This document shows positions 49,501 to 61,479 of a DNA stretch of 64,000 nucleotides, piece by piece; positions within the stretch are counted from its first letter, which is position 1, and every line of letters starts with the position of its first letter. Source of the DNA: Diadema antillarum (taxonomy: Eukaryota). Where the stretch lies: positions 620,001 through 684,000 of the forward strand of contig NW_027272134.1 in the NCBI RefSeq assembly GCF_040938485.1, given 5' to 3'. The notes below the pieces were generated by a model. The model did not search any database. It worked only from the letters and a program-made list of their open reading frames with translations, and was not told the origin of the DNA. The position numbers and the translations under genes are program-made.

Positions 49501-52500
49501 GCATTTGAACACTGCAGATTACAAAATTGCTCCAATGTTGCCAAAAAAAAAATCAAACAAAAAACAAACAAACAAAAGTAAGTTGGCCTCAAGATGATTA
49601 TTAAATACTTTTGGGTGATGGCCCTGCAGAAATATGAGCACAGAAGGAATAGCCCTTGCTTTGACACTTGTTACCCTTTGAAATAGTTAGGATTGTTAGA
49701 GCTGATTTCTTTGGTAGTTCACTTTTAGAATTGCATCTGCTATCCGTATGTGCGTAATACAAATGGTGGGTTTTTTTTATGCTAATCTGATCCATCATCA
49801 GGAAAACTTGAGTTCGTTATATAAGAGGGTGGAGGCATAAAAATCATTCCATCTAATTGACAAAATGACACTTAACAATCTGTACAGAAACTATACAATA
49901 TTTGCAAATCAAAGATGCTTCAGCAAGTGTGTATACTATGTTATTTTTTATCTTCATTTTTTTTATACAAAAGAGCACTTAAATGTCCATCCACCAACAC
50001 ATCTATTCAACACTGTTAATAGATTTGTTCTGTAGCATTAAGCATAATACATACACACACACAAAAAAAAAGCTGTACATCATAGGATATCATGTATCAA
50101 CCCTATGTGGAATATTCAACAAGAAAAATACATATATACATTGTATTAATGAAAAAGAAATTTTCCTACCTGGGAGAGTTGCATACATTTTGTTTCTCCA
50201 CAATGAGTTCAAGCTTGACAACCAAACGAACATTACAAACAGATTAATAGTAAATGTTTGATTTTTTGAGGCAATAATGTTCCACACCTGAGATGAAAGT
50301 GACTTTCAATGCTGGTATTTACACGAAAAAAGTTGGTAAAAAATATAATATAGAGAGCAGAAGGGACAGAGAAATCCTGCCATTCAGTTGCGCCCAACAT
50401 AAGGCCAGGCATTGAAAGTATGTTGTAATGGCAGCTTCTATTATAGTCAACAGGAGCTCATTTTGACCTGGCTGCATTTAAGGTAACAAGCAGCATCTAA
50501 TTTCATAAGCTTCATTTTTCTTCCTTGGTATATAAGCCATTGTATGGCATCGTAGTTCATCAAAACAACCCACGAGCACACTCCAAACAACTCTACCCCT
50601 TGATGGCCTTAATTAGAAATGAGCTACAATACTATTGGTCTTCTCATGACATGGGGCTACCAACATTCATTCCCCTTCGCCCATCACAATCATGGAGACT
50701 TTGAAGATCAATCAGAGACAGACGTGCGCAACGCAACATGCATCTCAATGGGCAAAAATGATTCTCACATCGCAGAGATTTTCATATTTTCTTTACCCAG
50801 ACCTGAAAAATATCAGAATGAGGGAGACTTGGAGACCTCCTCCCTCTTAACACCCCCCTCCCCCCCCCACCCCTGATCGTTTTGATCTACTCTCTTTCAA
50901 CCGCAATTTCTTACAGTATATTTTCTAATGAGTAATGATGGAGCTAATCTGACCAAGCACGGCGTCTCTGGCCAATAGCAGTGGCGGATCCAGAGGGGGG
51001 TACACCAGGCACGCACCCCCTCTTTAGTTTTCGTTTCTTCTTTTCTTTTCTTTTTTCTTCTCTTTCAAGGCTGTCGTATCTTCAAGCTATATGCTTATTT
51101 GATGACAGTCTTCTGCATTCACACTCCCAATACATGTGCCATAATTCAGTCTGATCATTTGATTCACTTTATCCCGATTGATTCCCAATTGACGTGTTAT
51201 TTTATTCTTTTCTTTAATCTGTACACATAAATCTCAGTTTTATTTTCAGATGTACACACTGTATGTTCTATTGTCTTGTAAACAAAAAGAAATGACTGTA
51301 TTTCATTTGTAATATATATTCGATGCACAAAATTCCTAATAAATTCATTTGAATTGAAAAAAAAAAAATGAAAAGACAACAAATGGGAGTGTGCGCCCCC
51401 TTTAATTTTGTAAAGGCGCCTCCCCTTTACGGAATTCCCGGATCCGCCCCTTAGAAATCACTTGGGTTACAACTCCTCTACCCTATCACTTCAAAATACA
51501 GCACAGAGCAGGAGGAAAAGTTGCTGGTTCTCGGCACGCAGCCTTGCCAACTGGCATAGAGCTGAAATTTAGAGAGAATGTGTCCCACTCTCAGTTGGGC
51601 TATGACTGAGCCTGCACTTTTAAATGGCAAGGGATGTAGTGGAGGTTTCCCCTCATCTTATATCTCTAGCACTGTCCACGCCAACACTTAATTCAATTCA
51701 AAGCCACAGACAGGCATCGCAGGACAAAATGAGACTAACTTCACTCTCGTACCTTTCTCTACCATTCGGGATACATTATGAATCATGTCCAGGAGGAGTG
51801 TTTCAGAAGGAGGTTCGCAATCATTTCAAGCTGAAACATCAGCAATCAGTACTGCAGCAGCCAAAAAACCACAATACCACTTAGGATTATTCCTATTGTC
51901 ACTGCATCAACTGCATTTATCATCACATTTAATGTTAACTGCAAACACCACTGTGAATTGGGGACCCAAAAAACATGGCTGACCTAGAATGACGCAAGTT
52001 CAATAACTGTATCCACACTGCCAATTTTTCCTGCCATTAATGCACATGCATATACTATTTACATACAAATTAACAGCTACATTGTACGGCTGTGAGTAAT
52101 GAGGGGAAGAAACATCAATATTGATGACGTGTTATTTACATATTACACTCTAAAAATCCACATCTCTCAGTCATGATATCATGTCTTGTGTGTACCAAAG
52201 AAATGTTTCAATAAAATGAAATGCATACATATCTTGTTTTGCGCCAGTGTTTTTAGCAAGGAGGAAAAGAACAAAAAAGAAAAAAAAAATCTATTTTTTA
52301 TGTCCACTGAAAGCTTGCATATGTCTTCGTGGGAGAACGAAAAACAAAATAGGGGAGAGAGAATAATATAGAGTATTAAGTAAATGCGTGTGAAGGCATT
52401 GCCATTATCATTACAGCAAGTGTCAAAAAAAGGAAAAGAAAAACACAGCATATCCTTCAGGTTATCAAGATGTGATTACTCAAATAAATTAACTTTGATG

Positions 52501-55500
52501 TTGGATATAGACACACTTTGAAACAAATCACTGACATACGTATTTATAATTCAAAGAAATCTGCAATACTCGACGTTCCACTCACTGTCGTATGTCATCT
52601 TGACCAGCGTGTTTACCGCTCATTCCAAAATTGAACACATTTTATATTAGCACGAGCGACAGATGATTCCACTCCTTACAGTAGGTTACAGACAAATTCT
52701 CCACATACATTGCCAATACACTTATCACTTGTAACCACACAAAGCCGCTGAATACGTTCCAGGATACGTGACAAAATGCAAGAGTATATTCAAGACCCCG
52801 AGGGCGGTTAATACATGGTCAATCAATAACAGCGATCTACGGAGGTGTTAGGCTAGGCACTTGATGTTTCGATTTAACGATAATGGGTTTTTTCTTTTGT
52901 TTTGTTTTTTGTTTCTTTTAAAAGCATGCAACACAGAAGAGAAGCAATGACAGGAAGAACACACAGGAATAGTGAGGGAACTCTTACCTGTGCTTCGACT
53001 TATGAGACTTCTTCTTCTTCTCCTTTCGTGCCGGTGAGTGACTTTCTGATCTGAGTTAGGAATGCACGGTCAAAACAATAATTACACATCTCCTAAACTC
53101 TGGATGGCAAAAAAAACTAGAAATGTCGCTATGGCGACTGGTATGCCTCCGTCATAATGCATGATTCTCCTAATAGGTCTATAGTTCATGTGGCCAATGT
53201 GTGATTACATTTTCACAAAATTTGGAAAATATTTAAAATCACGTGTTTGTCACAAATGTGTTGAATGTTCACCTTCCTCGACCTATGTTTAATTGGATGA
53301 ATAGGAGAGCATATATTTGGGGATTTAAGAACTTAACTTGACTTTGACCCTTTCATAAGTTTATGCATTGAGTAATTTTCAAGGCATGGAGAAAAAATTT
53401 GAAATCACCTCCATAGACTACTGTGCTAGAATTATTCTCAGACCGAGAATAAATGCAATTATCATAGATATCTTCATAGTTAATGTGTTACTTTCATTAT
53501 TTTTGCATTCTTGTTTGTTTTGTCATCCATCTGAACATAATTAGACTGGTCAGGCAGCTCAGTTTTAGAATTTTTTAAATCGATCAAACACAATGTTAAT
53601 CAGTGGCTTTTAACTGAAGTTTATGGGTCTAACATCTGTAATATTATAAAAATATTTCATTTTTGTTATACTGTAAAACATGATATACTCGCGGCATGAA
53701 TTTTTCGCGAATTGGAACCGACAGCCTTTTTCGTGGCATGAAATTTTCGCGAAGTGCCACTGGCGTTCAATGCATATAGTGTAAACAAGGACTTTCGCGT
53801 GCATTTTAATTTCGCGAATCTTGGCGCTAGCAAAATTCGCAAAATTAAAGTGCACGCGAAAATTCCTCGTTTTACAGTATCATAAGGACCTTTGTGACCT
53901 TTGACCTTTGACCCCAAAATACCAGTGAATATTTGTCTTGTCATACTCTACGGACTCTACAGAAGGACGGACGGATGGACGACCCGAAAACATAATGCCT
54001 CCGGCCACTTCGTTGGCGGAGGCATAAAAAGGGTAACAGTGGTTTGCTTGGATACATAGACATGAAACCACTTCTAATCTAAAGCATTCATACTCCCCTT
54101 GAGATGACCTCAACTTCTACTCATATTCTGGTGACCCATCAGTATCCCTCTAAATAACATTAGCACATTATATATGTCATCTGCATTTCACCTGTCAGGT
54201 TGCAAAATGAGGGAGGCAAAATTGGAGAAACAAGCAATGGACATCGAGTGCTATTCACACCAGGAGCACTTAGCTAATACATCGACCTTGAGTAAAAGCA
54301 GGAAACATATTGCTATTATTCTGTAAAAGTGCACTTTTATCCTGATGCATGAAATTACCCTATAAACTAGCTCTCATGCCTCAACTCATGCCTAAAGAGG
54401 GAAAGTGGCACTCTGTCATGATTAATCCTTTTTGTCACACCAAAAAACGGACAACTCAATAACTCAATTCCACGCAGCGCTCTAAGTGACACTATTGTTG
54501 ATTTACGATGCCAATTCCAGGCCACTAATATCGTGCAGTCTTTGTGCGCCATTTATTCAATGAAGCGTCAAGTGGCATTAACTGATCTCTGAAGTGTACA
54601 GGCATGCATGGGGAAGTTCATCGATGCCAATCCAAGTGTTCGCATTCTGTATATGTTTCACCGACGTGCCATCAACACTGCAGTGTAAGCCCTAGCAGCT
54701 AGTTGCTCTCAGTAACGACAGCTTCCGTTACAGTGAAAAACAAAAATCATGGACTAGTTTACTGACAAGCTCTACTTGGCTCACATGTGAAAAAATTTCC
54801 AAGCGAGTAAGGAGGAAAAACTACATTATGAAAAGGTGTGCAACCAGAAGCATAACGTTGCACCCTTTTTCTTTGGACTGCTATTGTAATGCCACTAATT
54901 AGGACTGTCTAATTGTCCTTGGGATGGCAAATCTGCTAATAGCGTTCACAGCATGCATTTTAGGGCATGATAATTACACAGTGTGGAGCTCCATTCTAGA
55001 GATGTTTCTTGTTTTGTTTTTTTTTCCATCACCTAACATTCCATCTAAAGGACTTTCACATACATGTACAGCTGGATCACATTCACTGTGCTGAACCCCT
55101 TGACATCTTGTACGAGGTATGTGACTGGACTATTTTTGAGGGTTTTTTTTCCCAATTCTTGCCAGTTTTTTATTGATCTAATATTCTTGTGAAAGAATTT
55201 CGACAATCTCTGCATTGAACAATGACAAGCATGAACAATAACACGCTAAAAGGACACACTCAATAGGCTGCACAAAGAATGCAACCTATTATGACATCAT
55301 CAGGGATCTCATCACCTGACTGTTGGTTACAAAGGGGCCCTTCTAATCACTGAATGGATACTGTAAAACATGATATACTCGCGGCACGAAATTTTCGCAT
55401 ATTGGGGCCGACGGCCTTTTTCGTGGCAAGAAATTTTCGCAAATTGCCTCTTGCGTTCAATGCATATAGTGTAGATAAGAAATTTCGCGTGCATTTTAAT

Positions 55501-58500
55501 TTCGCGAATCTTGGCGCTCGCGAAATTCGCGAAATTAAAATGCACGCGAACATTTTGCGTTTTACAGTATTATACAGTGGAAAAGAGCACAGAAAAACAG
55601 TCCCATACATTTTGTGACAATTGTCATATAAGTTAAATTCTTTGATCATACACTACCAGAAGAAAAATCACACAAATATGATGGAAAATGAAAAATGCAA
55701 CCAAGAGGACAGGGTTTCAAGCTCTCTTTTTTTAGGTCTAAATGCAGGGAAAGGCATTTCTGCCAGCCACAAGAAACATGTTAAGAAGCTGATCTCTAAC
55801 CTGCTCCTGTGACCACTTTTCTTCTTCTTCTTCTTTGGAGGTGGTGATGGTGAACGACTAGGTTCTCGGAGTATCCTGGTAGAAAGTAAAAAACACACAA
55901 ACAAATTATGAGATGCATTATAGTTTTTTGTTGTTTCTTCAATACAATACAAAAGGCCACACACATCACAAGGGCTGCTAAAAAAAAAAATGCTTGTTTC
56001 AAGACACAAACATAAACACACACACACACACCACATGCATGCATGCACCCCCCCCCCCCCCCCACACACACACACACACTCCCTCTCTCTCTCATTCACT
56101 CACTCACAAACAAATCTGACCCATGGCGGTGAGTTGGTGAATTTTACACGATAAAATGTACTACATGCAATTTCCTGCAAAGTTTTTTTCTTTGTGCTGG
56201 GGAGGGACCATTCACATAAGTCCCAAAATAGTCATGTAACGAATCAACCCTAATTCAAGACTTGTTATACCCAGCAAAAAGGTTCGGAGCTGAAGTATCT
56301 TTTGCAACAATGTGTAAATATTCATAATCAATTCACAAAAATCTCAAAGATTCATTAAAAAACAAACACCCCCTTTTTTTTTACATGACCAAATGTATTA
56401 CATGCAATTAACAATGTTATGATTTCTTCTTTTTTTTTGTGCTGGGGAGGTACCATTCACAGAAGTCCCAAAATAGTCATGTAATGAGTCAACCCTAATT
56501 CAAGACTAGAGTTGAATTGATTATGACTATCTAGACATTGTTACAAAAGATACTTCAGTTCATCACTGCTGATAATGATTTACAAAGAAATTATCAATGA
56601 CAAGCTCTAAAGAAAGATATCTTTGTAACAACCGAAGACATCAACATCTGAGATACAAATGACTACATATCAAATCATTTGTGACTTACTCATATTTCTT
56701 CTCAGCCATTGCCTTAGCCTCGGCTTCCTTAGCCTTTCTCTCTGGGTCAAAGGAACTGCCGTCGATGTAGCCATCTTTGATACCAAACGCTTCCCTCAGC
56801 TTGGCATTCTGTTTCTCTTTGGCCTCAGCAATCTCATGCGAATCTGTCAAGCTGATGAAACATGGTCACGCATTTACAAAATGATCATGACAATAATGAT
56901 AATCATCATCATATCACAATCATAATCATAATCACAATGATGGATTTATTAACGATCATTAAAGGACAAGTTCACCTTCATAAACATAAGGATTGAGAGA
57001 ATGTAGCAATATCAGTACAACACATCATTGAAAGTTTGAGGAAAATTGGACAATCCGTTCAAAAGTTATGAATTTTTGAAGTTTTTGTGCAGTAACCGCT
57101 GGATAAGAAGACTACTGCAGTGTGTGAATAACTTAGATGTCACATGCGTACAACAATATAAGGAAAATATAAAGAGAATTTCACAAAATTTCATCTTTTG
57201 CAAAAAGTACACATTCCCCCGACTCGTTACCGACAAATGTTATGGGTAATATTATTCCCCCTGCCTTTAGAAAGAGTCAAGTCAAGTGCTCTTTTATTAT
57301 GCGGAAAAAGTGAAAATATGTTGAATTTTCTTTACATTTTCTTTATACTGTTGTACGCATATGACTCACAAGCTGTAGTAGTCTCCTCATCCAGCGGTTC
57401 CAACACAAAAATTTTAACAATTCATAACTTTTGCATCGATTGTCCAATTTTCCTCAAGCTTTCACTGATGTGTTCTACTAATATTGTTGCATTCTCTCAA
57501 TCCTTATGTTTATGAAGGTGAACTTGTCCTTTAACGATCATTATCATCATCATCATCATCACAGCACTGTCCACACCATATCATACGAGACATGCTCATA
57601 TGGAACCAACGTTACCGTAAAACAAACTGCATCCATTTCATGGAACTGTCAAAAGTGCTTTGCACACACTAGGAGATTAATTGACTATGGAATGTGTGAA
57701 ATATAAAATTCTTCCAAACTGATATTGGGTGAAAGTCTATCAAAACATCTAAATGCAAGCCAGAAGCGCCCACACGTCTGAACATCTTTCACCCAAAGAT
57801 GCATCAAAATGCATTACATGCTATTCAGAGGTTACTGCATCAAAACCAAATGAAAGTCAATGAATTCATTATTAACCTGAATGCCAGATATTAAGTATTC
57901 AAGTAATCGGACACTTGTCCTACAGGACTGCAACTTGCATCCAATTCAATTTCACAAGAATAACAAAGGAGAGAGAAAGAGGAGATAAACTACAACTGAC
58001 CTTGCTCTTTCCGGTGTCGCTTTGCCAGCCAGGTCAGCAATGCCTTCTTTCTCAAAGAGCATCTTTCTGAAAGCAGCCACTTTCTTCTCTATCTCCTCCT
58101 TGGAATATGTTCTGCACAAATAATTCAAGAAATACCAACAACATGATAAGGTAGAATTACATTTTGTTTAAATACCATGTGGTATCTAATGTGTCAGATT
58201 CACAAAAAGAGCTACCATGTGTACTATGACACAAATATAGAGCCATTCAGCAATTTTCCTCCAAGGTAAATTGTACTTTGCATTGCTAATGAATAACTGA
58301 ATTCAGCTTTTAGATATTAGTTTATGTACATCAGGAAATGACTTACTTACATACTCTGGCCATCATCCCTACTTATAAATGTACACAGCAGATTCACAAT
58401 CCCTTTATACCATCAGAGCGAGACATAATTTATCTGCAGCATGTAGTCATCGGTTGTAACAAATACTACTAAGTATTGTTATAACTCAATGCTCTCTTCA

Positions 58501-59030
58501 GTAACTCTTCTGTAAGTCTTTCTATTTTTGCTACTATCCATCCTCTTCTTCAGGCCCATATCTCTCCTAGTCATCCATCAATCAATTTAGCCAGTAATAT
58601 ATCAATGTACCCATCCATTGAAGTATTATCACTTGATTTTCTGACAATTGTATCTTTAAAAAGATCATGCCATCAATATCATTGAATCCCTTGAGAGAAA
58701 TCACTGATTCATCAGTCCTTGACCATCAGTTTTTAAACCATCACAGATTTGGTCGACATAGATGGCATGTCTTTGTCATCATCCTACTCACCCCTGCTCC
58801 TCCATCACCTCCTTCATCTCGGCACACTTCAGCTCCACCTGCCTCTTCCGCTTGTGGGCCAGGATCTCCTGGTTGGGGGGCCGGTAGAGGAGCGCCTCCG
58901 CCTTCCGGATCTCCTCCTCCGACTTGTAGTCCACCTTCTGTTTCTGGTTCCTCACCAGGGCAAAGTTGCGCTGGATGTAGCCATTGGTGCCACTGCCCCG
59001 AGCCGTGGCCAGGCCGACCCCGTTGTACAT
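24316..59030 (-). CDS. Srrm234: Serine/arginine repetitive matrix protein, SRRM2/3/4 pro-orthologue (cwf21 + RS + eMIC); about 430 aa (eMIC isoform) or 422 aa (RS-only isoform) (whole-gene span)
   Basis: complement(join(58792-59030,58001-58111,56690-56851,55801-55875,52988-53050,36592-36693,35684-35887,35024-35203, then 32674-32806 OR 24316-24472)). All junctions are GT-AG, all phase 2, and the frame stays open. The N-terminus MYNGVGLATARGSGTNGYIQRN matches SRRM2/Cwc21; the C-terminus RRDSPSFLDRRRITSARK matches the SRRM3/SRRM4 eMIC motif. Confidence 0.93.
30178..30183 (-). terminator. Probable poly(A) signal of the proximal (non-eMIC) Srrm234 isoform
   Basis: First canonical AATAAA on the - strand that I found after the proximal stop (about 2.5 kb downstream); followed by GU/U-rich sequence (tgtgtgtattg, gtgttctttctg). 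Confidence 0.5.
31136..31725. mobile_element. Harbinger-like GC-rich MITE with a nested MITE
   Basis: TIRs gaccccatttacagtgcg / cgcactgtaaacggggtc, 3-bp TSD tat; internal gtgtaaacg and cggcccagcccc repeats. Confidence 0.72.
31347..31533. mobile_element. TA-flanked MITE nested in 31136-31725
   Basis: TA-gtctggcttccaaaccctctgcc / ggcaaagggtctgaaaaccagac-TA. Confidence 0.65.
32674..32806 (-). CDS. Srrm234: Srrm234 proximal alternative last exon, RS/RD tail without eMIC (SSRRSTSRDRGYYDDDRRRRRDDSRDRSRSRSRSRDRDRHYYRR*)
   Basis: Acceptor cattctccctgtag, correct phase 2, TGA at 32676-32674; GC-rich island inside AT-rich DNA; matches the end of ORF 32674-32868. Confidence 0.87.
35024..35203 (-). CDS. 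Srrm234: Srrm234 penultimate exon: RS repeats plus first half of the eMIC domain (FSPIRKRRDSPSFLDRRRIT)
   Basis: Acceptor gaaacatactag, donor AG|gttagt; 180 nt; part of ORF 34987-35352. Confidence 0.93.
35684..35887 (-). CDS. Srrm234: Srrm234 RS-rich exon (SSPERSRRSHHSRSPESK...RHSRSRSRN)
   Basis: Acceptor tgcttcattctcag, donor AG|gtgagt; 204 nt; RS/SP repeats. Confidence 0.9.
   Translation of the reverse strand, partial: VFTGEESALPPLALPRVQASPQEGRELPVQQEERKQAVLLPRLGQVQELFQVPGEALTSALEIKEQE
36592..36693 (-). CDS. Srrm234: Srrm234 exon (SSRDKSEKHHSSKRSHRHRTRDDSDSDSGGESA)
   Basis: Acceptor catgatcacag (with tandem NAG alternatives), donor GG|gtgagc; 102 nt; GC-rich, S/R/H-rich. Confidence 0.85.
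37715..37877. mobile_element. CAGTGGCGGATC-type MITE, copy 2
   Basis: caagggcggatcc...ggatccgccactg; same internal sequence as 23468-23621. Confidence 0.72.
40845..40995. mobile_element. Palindromic MITE
   Basis: gggggtgtttcatcaagcgttttgtc / gacacaacgcttgctgaaatgccccc. Confidence 0.6.
42422..42530 (+). repeat. G-rich minisatellite, unit about GGGAGGAGCCAAGGGG(G)TGT x5
   Basis: Five agccaaggg cores at 18-20 bp spacing, followed by G-runs. Confidence 0.85.
50979..51452. mobile_element. CAGTGGCGGATC-type MITE, copy 3 (opposite orientation, about 300 bp longer)
   Basis: cagtggcggatccagaggggg ... gcgccccctttaattttgtaaaggcgcctcccctttacggaattcccggatccgcccc. Confidence 0.68.
52988..53050 (-). CDS. 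Srrm234: Srrm234 exon (SESHSPARKEKKKKSHKSKH)
   Basis: Acceptor cattcctaactcag, donor AG|gtaaga; 63 nt, phase 2-2. Confidence 0.88.
53115..54030 (-). mobile_element. Helentron-associated (HINE/DINE-1-like) element with nested MITE
   Basis: On the - strand: 5' tttttatgcctccgcc..ggccggaggcat hairpin, ccgtccgtcc tract, 3' subterminal cggaggcata, hairpin gtcgc-cata-gcgac, end atttctagtt. Confidence 0.65.
53669..53879. mobile_element. TA-flanked MITE (211 bp), copy A
   Basis: tactgtaaaacatgatatactcgcggc...tttacagta; highly similar to 55359-55569. Confidence 0.8.
55359..55569. mobile_element. TA-flanked MITE (211 bp), copy B
   Basis: Same length, termini and internal gtgcattttaatttcgcgaatcttggcgct as copy A. 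Confidence 0.8.
55801..55875 (-). CDS. Srrm234: Srrm234 exon (ILREPSRSPSPPPKKKKKKSGHRS), Lys-run/NLS-like
   Basis: Acceptor ttttactttctaccag, donor AG|gttaga; 75 nt, phase 2-2. Confidence 0.88.
56154..56507 (+). repeat. Local duplication: about 110-bp direct repeats at 56154-56262 and 56391-56507
   Basis: aaatgta.tacatgcaatt...gtgctggggagg.accattcaca.aagtcccaaaatagtcatgtaa.ga.tcaaccctaattcaagact occurs twice. Confidence 0.85.
56690..56851 (-). CDS. Srrm234: Srrm234 exon (LTDSHEIAEAKEKQNAKLREAFGIKDGYIDGSSFDPERKAKEAEAKAMAEKKY)
   Basis: Acceptor gtttcatcag, donor GA|gtaagt; 162 nt; conserved H..AE...K.N..LR.AFGI...Y.DGSSFDP block of SRRM2. Confidence 0.95.
56959..57534. mobile_element. TTAA-flanked MITE with long TIRs (Kolobok-like)
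   Basis: ttaaaggacaagttcaccttcataaacataaggattgagagaatg / cattctctcaatccttatgtttatgaaggtgaacttgtcctttaa; complementarity extends beyond 100 bp. Confidence 0.85.
58001..58111 (-). CDS. Srrm234: Srrm234 exon (TYSKEEIEKKVAAFRKMLFEKEGIADLAGKATPERA), end of cwf21 domain
   Basis: Acceptor ttatttgtgcag, donor AG|gtcagt; 111 nt; resembles SRRM2 YEEQQIQEKVATFRLMLLEK. Confidence 0.93.
58792..59030 (-). CDS. Srrm234: Srrm234 first coding exon: SRRM2/Cwc21 N-terminus and start of the cwf21 domain
   Basis: ORF 58788-59030 MYNGVGLATARGSGTNGYIQRNFALV...HKRKRQVELKCAEMKEVMEEQG; donor GG|gtgagt. An acceptor cctatag 14 nt before the ATG (exon starts at 59044) implies an upstream non-coding exon. Confidence 0.96.
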
Positions 59031-61479
59031 GGTGCCAAGCTACCCTATAGGCTAGAGCCAGGAAAGGGGAGGGGGAATCATATATTGATAATTGAAATAT
59101 CGCTGTCTGTACATAATGTATACACATACATTGTATGAGTATGTGTGTGTACCTGCATGTCTTGGTAGCATGGAGACATTAATTATGTAATGTACACATA
59201 ATGTAATGCAATGGAAAGGTTGGTTCGATCAAATCAATCTTCATTGGCAGCCAAACAGGGAACATTTGAAAATCTCAAGTGCACTCATAAACCTGCTAGG
59301 ATAGAATTGCCAGTCAGCAAATACGGTAGGTGAAATGAAGTGTACAAGTTGTATGCCCACTCAGTGGATGTACGTTCAACTTCAGTCGAGATTCTTCTGC
59401 TGTGTATGCGCTGCATACAAAGCTGTACATAATCCATTACAAGGATTCCCACACTTCTGTATCTGAGTCGGGCTGACCTATTCATTACACACATGTAGTC
59501 TGCCCACACTACTGGGTCTTTAATTGACAGGCTGGTTTTGGCATATTACAAGGTGGGTATACAAATGTACATGAATCCATTCAGGTGTCTGATGGTGTTA
59601 GACAAATTCAGCCAAACACCATACATTTAACAACTTCTTACGATACAAAGTGCCAGCATGGTTGATTTTTTTAGCCCATGAAGTTTGGTACATGCATACA
59701 ATTTTGTGTCTGAGAAGCCAGAATCATGTTTTCATACACATTTTTAAAAATGCATATTTGTCAACAGACTCAATTTTGACTTTAAAGCCGTTGGACTAAA
59801 TTTCCTCCACCACAGATGTTATGTGGTCTTAGCACAGAACTTTGATGTTTCACGTCTGATGCCTAGGCACATCTACATGTACAGCGGAGTAATGATACAA
59901 TGGTGCACACGACTGAATCAAATTTTCAGGAGAAAACCCCCATGTACTGTACTCAGTCTATTTCACACTCCTGAAATAACCAAAGGGCACTGTGACGTAA
60001 TGCTAGACAAATTGAGAAGGGAAAGGAAACCTGCACTGGCTATCACTGAATGAAAAGGAAAGTGGGATCAATATATGCAAATGAGGCATGGCAGTTGGTC
60101 AATCCATGAGAGCTTTATTGATTTCTACTCTGTTTACATTCAGCTAACAAACACACTCAGGTTCTGTCATGGAATTGCATGAAGATACACTGTACTTTAT
60201 GAGCGACCTATGGCACTTGAAACAACCACGGCAACATACATTAGTATAAAAGTAACTAAGTACCTACAGAAGATCAGCCAATGCTACATGGCAGTTCACA
60301 ACACATTCACATGGGTCAATCTACGTAGGTACATCTTAACCAAGATCAAGGATAGAAAAAAAAAATCATACAGCATGAAAGATGTTTATAGAAGTATGAC
60401 ATTCTATTGATGTCCTTCCAGCTGACTGCGGTCACATATTCTGTAAGAAACCAAGACCACTTAATCTACAAGTTTGTAGGCTAGCTTTACAAGTATCTTG
60501 TTGACCCCCAGCACCTAGCTGGTATGGGTAATGATTACTGGTACACTCCTCAAGAGGAAAGTACATCGTATCTATCAATCAGTAATACTGTATGTCAAGC
60601 CTGGGAAGGAAGCGTGGTATCTGTTAGAATGTGCTCAGACTGTGGGAAGATCTCTTGAAAATATTTGAGATTCTTTTCATTTTCAGTCAGGATGGAGAAG
60701 AAACTGTGAAACAGCATGCAGACAAGATCTGTGATCTTTATCAAGAAAATCAATATCAAATAAAAGGACTAATGATTGCTGTACTTTGACAAGCTCGGGA
60801 GGGGGTGTAACTATCATAAACAATGCACTTCAACACAGCATCTAGAGAGATTACAGATTAATTCTCCCATCAACGTGTTATGGATTTTACACATGACACG
60901 TGGCATGATTAAGCAGCTAAAGCGTCACTGCAGTTGAGGATGTGGTAGAGTTAGGCAGGGCAAACTACCTTCTATTCAAACAGCCATCACAGTGACCATA
61001 GAATTGATGTTTACATGACCTCCAAACATGTACAAACTCACTCTAAATATCCAGCAGCCTCGAATATTTGCATCTGAGTGAGATTCAAGTCCAGTAGAAC
61101 AGGAATTTTTTCACCGTTTTGACACTTGACTTCTACACTTCTCTGCGTTGCACAGGAGCAGACAGCGCATCATGGTGTAAAAAACACGTTCATGGCAGCG
61201 ATCGCCGCGATTGATCTGAATGTAGTGCTATCTCACAGCGATCAGAGCAAGTTCTTCTATGGTATCTTTAAAAAGATAATACTTTTTCTGACTTTCTCTC
61301 TGCTTGTACTGAGTCACAGTAGTGATTGAGGATGGGGTTGTTCATGTTGTGTGTGAGTGTGTGTGTGTGCACACGCACACATGCATGCGTACGGTATGTG
61401 TGAGGGTGTGTGTGTATGTGTGTGCATGAAAGAAGATTGTGAAAATTGTGGTTATAAAACAAGGGTGAAAGAATATAAA

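Noticed and set aside
20048-56099. Many 60-150 aa ORFs with THTHTH, CVCVCV or poly-K/F runs
   Set aside because: They are translations of microsatellites and A/T runs with no recognisable domains.
58480-58740. Intronic C/D box snoRNA
   Set aside because: TGATG-rich, but no properly spaced RTGATGA/CTGA pair with a terminal stem.
58667-59138. Long ORFs 58667-59050(+), 58749-59138(+) and 58741-59127(-)
   Set aside because: Shadow frames of the GC-rich Srrm234 first coding exon. The same applies to ORFs around 35640-35918, 32667-32885, 24294-24630 and 14330-14573.
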